From the IMG/VR virus record IMGVR_UViG_3300037463_000028, positions 1 to 41,549 of that record: 41,549 bases of DNA; one strand, written 5' to 3'. Every line of letters starts with the position of its first letter. Within the stretch, counting starts at the first letter, position 1. Below are positions 34,384-41,549 of this stretch, piece by piece. This DNA comes from a virus. Taxonomy: Duplodnaviria; Caudoviricetes. A model generated the notes under the pieces. It was not told where the DNA came from. It worked only from the letters and a program-made list of their open reading frames with translations, and did no database searches. The translations under genes and the position numbers were made by a program.

Positions 34384-35718
34384 TTAAACCGCGGTGACGC
34401 CGGTGCTCTTGGCGAAGACCAGCGCGTTCTTCATGCGCAGCAGCTCGTACACCGTGATGATGAACGGGTAGACCTGCGGGGCCGCGGTGGTCGGGGCCAG
34501 CTCCTGGGCGGTGTAGCCCTGGATGTTCTGGTTCGGCGCAAGCTCGGGGAGCTGCACCTGCGGCAGGACCTCGACATCGATGGCCGGCTTGCCGTCCGGG
34601 CCGTACTGGGCGCCGTACTGGATGGTGCCCGCGGTCATGAAGCGGGACACGTACACCGGCACGATGTCGCCGGTGATCGGGTGCTTGATGCCCGTCACCT
34701 TCATGCCGAGGATGGTGTCGCCCTGGGCCGTGGCCATCATGCGGATGACCGTCCCCGACGCCTGCGCCAGGTTGACCAGGCTCTGCTGCTCCTGCGCGTT
34801 GATGAGCAGGAACGGGTTGCGCCCGCCCTGCTTCCAGATGCGGGTGAGCTGCGCGTCGATGTGCGCCAGGGTCAGCGCGCCGACGGCGGTCTGGACCTGG
34901 GCGGACGGGGTGCCGTTGGCGGTCGCCGTGAGCGGGATCAGACCGTCAAAGGCCATCGCCGTCGCGCCGTCGCCCCACGGGGCGGCCGTGCTCGTCGAGT
35001 CGCCCGCGATCAGCGCGTACTCCTCGTTGAGCATCAGGTTGTTGAGCGCGTGCGTCTTCTCGACCGCGAGCTGGTTCTGGAAGTTCGCGCCGGCCGCCGC
35101 GGCGAAGCCCGTCACGGAGCCGTAGGTGCCCAGCAGTTTGTACGCGCCGCTCTTGGACGCGTAGGTGCTGGTGTGCTCGGCCGGAGCGCCCGTTTCCGAG
35201 AAGAACGCGCGGATCGCGCCCCCGGTGCCGCCCTGGTCCAGCGTTGTGGCCCAGCCGCCGCCGAGCGACGTGAGCTGCCGCCAGGCCGACGCGGTACCGG
35301 CGCCGGGCCGACGCGGCAGCATGTTGCGCAGCGGGGTGTCGAGCGGGACGAGGCCGGTGGCCTCCGCTTCCAGGTTCTCGCGGATGGGCAGGCCGCTGGT
35401 GGTGCTCGTGATGCCGCGCTGGAGTTCGGCGATCGTCGCGCCGAAGTGGTGCAGGATCTGCGACAGGTCGCCCGTGACCTCGCCGCGCTGCACGTCGCCG
35501 CCGGCGCTCAGGCGGTTCAGCGCCTCCTGAAGCTCGGGGCTGATCTCCGGGCGGGCGGCGCCGCGCGTGAGGATCGGAATCGACGGCCCGAGGTCGATCC
35601 CGGAACCGGACAGGCCGGCCGGGAGGAAGCCTGCTTCGCGGAACATGCCGGGCAGGCTGAGGGAACCAAGCATCGGGGCGGTGGCAGCGGCTATGGCCGC
35701 AGCGTTACGAGAGTTCAT
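34384..35718 (-). CDS. Major capsid protein
   Basis: Position after the protease; ENLE...TPLRN.LPR, EEYALIAGD. Confidence 0.85.
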   Translation of the reverse strand: MNSRNAAAIAAATAPMLGSLSLPGMFREAGFLPAGLSGSGIDLGPSIPILTRGAARPEISPELQEALNRLSAGGDVQRGEVTGDLSQILHHFGATIAELQRGITSTTSGLPIRENLEAEATGLVPLDTPLRNMLPRRPGAGTASAWRQLTSLGGGWATTLDQGGTGGAIRAFFSETGAPAEHTSTYASKSGAYKLLGTYGSVTGFAAAAGANFQNQLAVEKTHALNNLMLNEEYALIAGDSTSTAAPWGDGATAMAFDGLIPLTATANGTPSAQVQTAVGALTLAHIDAQLTRIWKQGGRNPFLLINAQEQQSLVNLAQASGTVIRMMATAQGDTILGMKVTGIKHPITGDIVPVYVSRFMTAGTIQYGAQYGPDGKPAIDVEVLPQVQLPELAPNQNIQGYTAQELAPTTAAPQVYPFIITVYELLRMKNALVFAKSTGVTAV

Positions 35719-35756
35719 GGTTGGCTTTCGAAAACGGGGTAACGGGGTAGGGCAGG

Positions 35757-36929
35757 CTAAGCGGCGTCCGGGGACTCAGCGAGCTTCATTTTGATCACCT
35801 GCATCCGCGTCACGTTGGCCTTCCGCTTTTCGGCGTCGGGTTCGTTCTGCGTCTCGGTGCTCAGGCGCGTCAGCTCTTCCTGCAAGGTGGCGATCTCGGC
35901 GCTCGCCGGCTCCTGTCCGGCCGGTGTGAAGTTGCGGTCAAGCGCCTGGGGGATGCGAACGGGCTTGCGCTGGGTCGGGTCGGCGGACCGTTCGAGGGTG
36001 AGGACCCGCTCTCTTGCGGCGGCGAGTTCGCCCCGCACTGTAGCGAGATCCCGCTCGGCGGTCTCCGCCCGCGTCAGCGCGGCGGCCTGCTCGGAACGGA
36101 GGGTGATGGAGTCGCGGGTGGTGTCCGCGAAGCGGGTCAGCAGGTCGGCGGAAAGGCCGGCGCCGTACTCCAGCTCCTGCGGGATCGTGCGCGCGGCGAC
36201 CAGCGGCACAACGTAGTCAGCGAACTCCGCACAGACCTGGCGGGCCTCCGCTTCGACATCGGCGCTATTGCTGTTGCACAGGTCGTAGAGGAGGCAGTAC
36301 AGCGTGTCGAAGGCCAGGCCGCGGAGGGTGCCCGTCTCCCGCGCCGCGATCTTGATGGCGAAGGCACCGCGCGTCAGGTCCTCGTCACCAGTCACATCAG
36401 CAGGCAGCTCGTCGCCCTCGTCATACACGTCGGCGGCCGCCTCGGCATCGGTGCCGTCGGCCGGGGCGCCGGCGGCGCGGGCGATGGAGAGCATCGCGTC
36501 CGGGTCGGCCGGGCGGTCCACCAGGCTGGTCTCGTACCAGGTGCATTTCTCCACGTCGCTGCCGCGCACCACGGTCGGCTGCACGCCCACGGAGAAGCCC
36601 TTGTAGACGCCGGTCTCGACCTTCTTGATGGCCTCGGTGTCTACGACCAGGGCGCGCATGAAGCAGCCGCGCTCGTCCCACTCGATGCCGCAGCCGTCCG
36701 CAGTACTCGTGCCCGCCGCCGACGGGCTGTGCATCTCGCGGATGTTGCCCCAGAACGCGAAGTCCGGGCTGGCAGCCTCCATCGCCGAGCGCTTCAGGTT
36801 GTAGCGGTCGCTGGGGACCTTCTCATTGACGTAGCAGTAGCCTTCGACGAGCAGGCCGTCCTCGCGCTTCTCGGTGCGGGTGATAGGCACGAAGAGCCGC
36901 AGCGGCTTCATGGTTACGGTTCGCTTCAC
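35757..36929 (-). CDS. Prohead protease / scaffold
   Basis: GNIREMH, KKVETGVYKGFSVG, ETSLVDRPADP; coiled-coil C-terminus. Confidence 0.88.
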   Translation of the reverse strand: MKRTVTMKPLRLFVPITRTEKREDGLLVEGYCYVNEKVPSDRYNLKRSAMEAASPDFAFWGNIREMHSPSAAGTSTADGCGIEWDERGCFMRALVVDTEAIKKVETGVYKGFSVGVQPTVVRGSDVEKCTWYETSLVDRPADPDAMLSIARAAGAPADGTDAEAAADVYDEGDELPADVTGDEDLTRGAFAIKIAARETGTLRGLAFDTLYCLLYDLCNSNSADVEAEARQVCAEFADYVVPLVAARTIPQELEYGAGLSADLLTRFADTTRDSITLRSEQAAALTRAETAERDLATVRGELAAARERVLTLERSADPTQRKPVRIPQALDRNFTPAGQEPASAEIATLQEELTRLSTETQNEPDAEKRKANVTRMQVIKMKLAESPDAA

Positions 36930-39760
36930 GATTGAATCTCCAGGGATTGAAACAGGCCGCGCACGTCGGCGACGGTGGTACAGGTGGCGAGGCCGGCGTA
37001 GACGCCGTACCGGAGGGCGGACGGGAGGAGCGCGCTTTCGAACGGGCAGGGGGCGGTCTTGCCGCTCTTGATGCGGCCGATGGCCTTGCGCTCCCACTTG
37101 GTCAGCTCGGCGCGAATCGCGTTGCCGCCGGTCTGCCCCGCGTTTTGCAGGGCCTCGGCGACGCTGGCCGTGCTGCGCATCGTGCCCCAGGCCGGATCGC
37201 TGGACCGGCTCACCACGTCGGCAAGCGAAATCGTCCCGTCGGCATAGAGCGCGTGCAGCTCCGGCCCAAGCACGGAGCGCTGCCGGTCCAGGTCCAGCCG
37301 GGCGAAGAGATCGGCGCCGCTCTCGATGACCGGGCGCGTGTCAGGCAGATCGGCATCGCCCAGAATCTCGGCCCAGGAGCGGGTGCGCGGACACATCACG
37401 CAGCGGCACTGGCAGTGCCCGTCCAGGTGCTCGTCCAGGCCGTGCAGCGTGCCGTGCATCGCCCAGCAGCCGCCGCAGGTCCTCGCGTCCGTCGCGGACA
37501 GCCAGTACCAGCCGGTGACGCTTTCCCGGTTCGCCTGGTAGTTCAGGCGGGTGGCTTCGCGGGCGGCCCGGTGCGGCTCCGTGCGCGCCCAGTTCTCTGC
37601 CCGAGCGCGCTCCGTCCCCAGGATGCCTTCCAGCGTGCGCCGGATCTGGTCCGCGCCCTTGCCCTGCGAGACCCCGACGATCAGCGCGTCGGTGACCTTC
37701 TGCCGGGTGACCGCGCCGAATGCCAGAAGGCGGTCCGCCACGGGGGAGCCGTCGGCGCAGAAGCCGACGAGCGCCTCAACCTGCGCCTTGGGCAGCGCGT
37801 TCCACGGAAAGGCGGTCGCCTTATCCGGGGAAGGACCGGCGGCAGCCGCGGCGAGTCGGTACGCGCTGTCGTGCGCGGTCTCGACCATCGCCGCCTGCCC
37901 GTCCGTGACAGCAGCGGCTGCCGCCGGAGCGAACTCGGCGGTCGCCGCGTCGATCTGGCGCAGCAGGTCGGCCAAACGGCTTTCGCCGTGCAGCCAGGCC
38001 TCACTGACCACCTCGCCGGCCAGCTCCGCGGCCTCGATAGCGGCCGTCAGCGCATCGAGGCGCTCGCGGATCGCGGCCTCGGCCGTCGCCCAGGCTTCGC
38101 GCATCACGGCGACGGCGGCATCCTCGTTGGCCCGCAACGCCCGGCGGAACTCGCGGGCTACGCGCTGAAGGGTGGCCTCAGCGTTTTTTTTTACGTCGGC
38201 CGGGTCAAGGGGTCCGGTGTTCCGGAGCAGCTTCTGTCGGGACAGCAGGCGGCGGCCGTAAGCGAAAGAGCGGCCCGCGGCGGGGGCACCGGCGGGCTGT
38301 TTTCCCGCGATACCCCCGACCCCTTTGCCGGTCGCAGGGGGTAACTGGACCGGTGCGGGCGGCTCGGGCGGGTTGAGCGCGCGGTCCAGCGGCTGCACCG
38401 TGGTGGCCACCAGCAGCGCCTCGCCGCCGTCGATCGTGTCTTCTCCGTCCGTCTGGCGGCACTCGTTGATGGTGCGCTGCCCGGAGCGGATCAGGATCTC
38501 GTTGGTCTCGGCCTTCTCCTTGGCCGCGGCTTCCCGCGTGGTGACGTTGTGGCACTCGAAGTCGCCGTAGCCGTTGCGCTCCAGCAGGTCATCGTAGGTG
38601 CGCTTGCGCCAGGCGAGGATATCCCCGGCGCCGAACGCCGAGGTCTGCTCCATCGAGTTTTCCTGCGAGACCTTGTACTGCTCGCCCGCGAAGCCGATGG
38701 AGGCCGGCTGCACGCCCAGGATCGCGCACGTGCGCCGCAGCAGCCACAGTTCGAACTCCGAAAAGTCCTGATCCTTGCGGGAGGTCGATCCGACCTTCTG
38801 GCTGCCGGAAGGAACGAACTTGGTCTTGACCCGCCGCTTGATGTCGCCCGAGAGCATCGCGTCGAAGAACTGCTGGTACTGGATGAGCTGCTCGGGCGTC
38901 CAGTTCTCCGGCACGGCGAGCATATCCGCGGGCGTGTTTCCCTCGGTCAGCCAGTCGCCGTTCCACTGGTCGGCGGCGAGCGCGTTCTTGACGGTGACCA
39001 GCAGGTACTCGATGGGCGACTTGAAGAACGGCGAATAGGAGCGCGGGTCGATGCCGTCATACGTCAGCTCGGTCGCCGCGAACGTGGCGACCTGCATCCC
39101 GTAGACCCACTGCTCCCAGGCCCGCGCCGGGTCCGACCAGCCGTAGGCATCGACATAGGGCCGGATGGTCGCCGCGTCGATGGCGTAGGACTGGAACGCG
39201 CCGCCCAGGCGGTTACGCTCGTGGAAGACGGCGCAGGCTCCGATGACCAGGATGTCCTCTACGCACTCCTTTTCGAAGTGCTCGCGCGGCTTGCCCAGGC
39301 CGCCGATGCCGCCGGCGGTCGAGAACAGGGCGCGGGCCTCGGCCAGGCGCTTCTTGGTGGCGTCGCTGGTGTCTTTCGCGTTGCGCGTGGAGATCTCGAT
39401 CGGGACCGAGCACACCTCCCGCTTCAGATGGTTGATGCAGGCGCGCAGGACGTCGTAGTTCTCGGCCAGCGCCCGCAGCATATCGACGGTGACCTGGCTG
39501 CCGGGGTGGCGGCTCGGGGCCTGCGGCGTCGAATAATAGATGGGCCGGTCCCAGGCGTAGATCGGCCGGGGCGGACCGCCGGGCGTCGGGGCCACGGCGG
39601 GCATCGGGGCCAGGGCGCGCGTGATCTCTTCCACCACTTCAGCGCGCGCCTCGCTCCGGATCTCTGCTGCCAGCTCTGCCCGGAGCGAGGCGGCCAGCGC
39701 TTCCAGGTCAATCGGAGAGGCCGGTTCGGTCTTCGGTTTTCGCTGCCAGGGTAATCGCAT
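36926..39760 (-). CDS. Portal protein fused to a MuF (SPP1 gp7-like) head morphogenesis domain
   Basis: Portal motifs (IDAATIRP, TINECR); C-terminal ARTE...DARTCGGC...HCQCRC. Confidence 0.9.
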   Translation of the reverse strand: MRLPWQRKPKTEPASPIDLEALAASLRAELAAEIRSEARAEVVEEITRALAPMPAVAPTPGGPPRPIYAWDRPIYYSTPQAPSRHPGSQVTVDMLRALAENYDVLRACINHLKREVCSVPIEISTRNAKDTSDATKKRLAEARALFSTAGGIGGLGKPREHFEKECVEDILVIGACAVFHERNRLGGAFQSYAIDAATIRPYVDAYGWSDPARAWEQWVYGMQVATFAATELTYDGIDPRSYSPFFKSPIEYLLVTVKNALAADQWNGDWLTEGNTPADMLAVPENWTPEQLIQYQQFFDAMLSGDIKRRVKTKFVPSGSQKVGSTSRKDQDFSEFELWLLRRTCAILGVQPASIGFAGEQYKVSQENSMEQTSAFGAGDILAWRKRTYDDLLERNGYGDFECHNVTTREAAAKEKAETNEILIRSGQRTINECRQTDGEDTIDGGEALLVATTVQPLDRALNPPEPPAPVQLPPATGKGVGGIAGKQPAGAPAAGRSFAYGRRLLSRQKLLRNTGPLDPADVKKNAEATLQRVAREFRRALRANEDAAVAVMREAWATAEAAIRERLDALTAAIEAAELAGEVVSEAWLHGESRLADLLRQIDAATAEFAPAAAAAVTDGQAAMVETAHDSAYRLAAAAAGPSPDKATAFPWNALPKAQVEALVGFCADGSPVADRLLAFGAVTRQKVTDALIVGVSQGKGADQIRRTLEGILGTERARAENWARTEPHRAAREATRLNYQANRESVTGWYWLSATDARTCGGCWAMHGTLHGLDEHLDGHCQCRCVMCPRTRSWAEILGDADLPDTRPVIESGADLFARLDLDRQRSVLGPELHALYADGTISLADVVSRSSDPAWGTMRSTASVAEALQNAGQTGGNAIRAELTKWERKAIGRIKSGKTAPCPFESALLPSALRYGVYAGLATCTTVADVRGLFQSLEIQS

Positions 39761-41505
39761 TATTGTGGCGGTTGCTGCCCTTTGAGCAGCTCCTTGAGCC
39801 TCTCCAACTGCTTGGGGTCGGTAGCCCAGCCGCCGCGCGGCCGCAGCTTAATCATCGCGACGGCGATGGCCAGGCTCATCACCCTGTCATCGTGGGAACG
39901 GCCTTCGCCCCCTGCCCGTCCGCCGGGCAGGTTCACGAAGGTGTGCAGCTCGGCAGCCGTGCCGCGAGAGTGCAGCTTCAGATCGCTGTCCAGCAGCGCG
40001 GTGGCCAGGCCGTCCAGCGCGAAGAACTTGTTCTTCGGGGTCTCGGGCCAGCCGGGCCGCCGGTCTTTGGGGACCTGGTTCTCGTCGTACTCCTGGTGCA
40101 TGTACACACCGGAGCACTGCGTCTGCCTCTGCTCGGGGTAGCCCGCCTCGTACAGCGCGGCGTTGATGACCGCGTGTCCGTGGTTGTTGCGCTCGATGCC
40201 GAGCAGGGCGTTGTTGTACCAACGGGCAAGTTCCGCGAGCGTCAGGCCGAAGTAGCGGGGGTCCCAGCGGCCGTGAATGTGGGCGACCTGCTCCCACGTC
40301 TCGGCATCGAGCACATCGGCGCAGGAGAAGTCATGGTCGCCGTAGTCGTTGATGCCTTCGGCGGTGTCGGCGCCGATGACATAGGTGCGTCCCGGCTCCG
40401 GAGCCTTGAAGACTTCCAGGCCGCCGCGCTCATCCTCATCGCCCGATGCAATGGCCGCCAGGCGGATAGAGCCGGCCGGCAGGTTGAAGGCGTCGCGGGA
40501 AAGCGGTGCGTGCTCGGGCCGGGTGAGCGCGTCCGACAGGGTGGCCAGAACGTCGCGGTCGAAATAGTTGTTGCCGGAGGTGAGGAACGCTTCCTGAGCG
40601 TTGATCGGGTACTCCTGCTTGAACTTCTTCTTGGCCTGCCGCTTCTTCCAGCGGCGCCACGCGAGCTGCCAGTCGTCCAGGCCGTAGACCCGTGCCAGCT
40701 CTTCCTCTTCGGCGGTTCGCTCGAAGTCCGGCTCCGGCTGCCGGCGGTACTCGCGGTGCTGGTACCAGCCGAAGAACCGGGCGGTAAAGGCGGACTTGCC
40801 GCCCTGGGCCAGCTCGTACTCCGCGTGGTAATAGTTGCCTACGCCGTTGGCCGTGGTCTCGATGGTGGCGTTCCCTTCCTCGGGAACGGCTTCCAGGAGG
40901 CCCGTCACGATGTCCTCGGCGTTCTTGGGCCAGAACGCCAGTTCGGACATGTGGACGTTGTTGATGGTGTCGCCGCGGCCGAAACCGTCTTTGCCGACCT
41001 GCCCGACGAAGATGCTCGAACCCAAGTCCGGGTACAGGTACTCGCGCCGGTTGGCGTACTTGGTGCGCGGCTTGATCTCGGGGCGCAGGTTCTCGTGAAA
41101 GCGCTGGATCTGCTGGAACAGGGTGTCGGTCGAGCGCGGATTGTGCGCCAGGATGACGCTGCGCGTGTTGGGCGTGTTTATCGTGTCGAGATAATAAAGC
41201 GCCAGGATCAGGGTCGAGAAGCCGAACTGCCGCGCCTTCAGGAGGATCTCGCGCAGGCCACGCAGGTTGATCTCTCCCTCACGCCATCCGGGCGCCACCA
41301 TATCCAGGTAGACCGCCTGCACCTCGTTGGGGATCAGCGGAATCAGCTTGCGCTTCTTATCGCGGATCATCAGGTCTGAGAACGTGACGCGCTGGTCCGG
41401 GGTCCAGACCTTCGCGGCAGTCGGAGGCGGAGGCGCCACACGTTGCACTAGTGCGGTCTGCTCTGCTGCCTGCTGCTTAACCCTCCGCCTCGCGTTCGCG
41501 CTCAT
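39760..41505 (-). CDS. terL: Terminase large subunit
   Basis: LKARQFGFST, HMSE, ETTANG, IGADTAEG, HDDRVMS. Confidence 0.95.
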   Translation of the reverse strand: MSANARRRVKQQAAEQTALVQRVAPPPPTAAKVWTPDQRVTFSDLMIRDKKRKLIPLIPNEVQAVYLDMVAPGWREGEINLRGLREILLKARQFGFSTLILALYYLDTINTPNTRSVILAHNPRSTDTLFQQIQRFHENLRPEIKPRTKYANRREYLYPDLGSSIFVGQVGKDGFGRGDTINNVHMSELAFWPKNAEDIVTGLLEAVPEEGNATIETTANGVGNYYHAEYELAQGGKSAFTARFFGWYQHREYRRQPEPDFERTAEEEELARVYGLDDWQLAWRRWKKRQAKKKFKQEYPINAQEAFLTSGNNYFDRDVLATLSDALTRPEHAPLSRDAFNLPAGSIRLAAIASGDEDERGGLEVFKAPEPGRTYVIGADTAEGINDYGDHDFSCADVLDAETWEQVAHIHGRWDPRYFGLTLAELARWYNNALLGIERNNHGHAVINAALYEAGYPEQRQTQCSGVYMHQEYDENQVPKDRRPGWPETPKNKFFALDGLATALLDSDLKLHSRGTAAELHTFVNLPGGRAGGEGRSHDDRVMSLAIAVAMIKLRPRGGWATDPKQLERLKELLKGQQPPQ

Positions 41506-41549
41506 CCAGTTTCTTCAGCAGATCGTCAATGGCGAGCGCCTCGGCCTCG
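41423..41549. repeat. Terminal direct repeat, copy 2
   Basis: Identical to 1-127. Confidence 0.95.

Noticed and set aside
19605-41379. Long plus-strand ORFs (e.g. 19605-21956, 22581-24851, 29466-31691)
   Set aside because: Antisense shadows of high-GC genes
1-41549. Genome-wide stop-codon reassignment
   Set aside because: TAG, TGA and TAA all terminate well-formed genes
1-41549. tRNA/rRNA genes or IS elements
   Set aside because: No cloverleaf, rRNA or transposase motifs recognised by eye

Overview
A complete, circularly assembled ~41.4 kb high-GC tailed-phage genome: bases 1-127 repeat exactly at 41423-41549, which is most likely an assembly overlap. The minus strand carries one long late operon that wraps through the contig end: accessory genes, terS, terL, portal-MuF fusion, prohead protease, capsid, head-tail genes, tail tube, chaperones, tape measure, Dit, Tal-like protein, fibre and lysis genes. 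This is a siphovirus layout. The early region has a CI/Cro-type switch, a Cre-like tyrosine recombinase and two replication initiators. Each initiator ends in a DnaA domain-I-like module and contains its own internal repeats plus an AT-rich patch. One of them has an apparent antisense copy-control RNA, so a phage-plasmid lifestyle is inferred. The most unusual signals are: (1) the tail-tube UGA is followed in frame by a hairpin, a U-x-x-C reading and a 411-aa Ig-like ORF, suggesting readthrough or Sec recoding; (2) at least 8 dispersed heptad-built palindromes, candidate centromere/operator sites, with no recognisable ParA; (3) an A9 slippery run at the portal/MuF junction; (4) genes at the head of the late operon broken by exact tandem duplications; (5) an S24 repressor with Cys in place of the catalytic Ser. 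All family calls come from motif recognition by eye; no searches were run.
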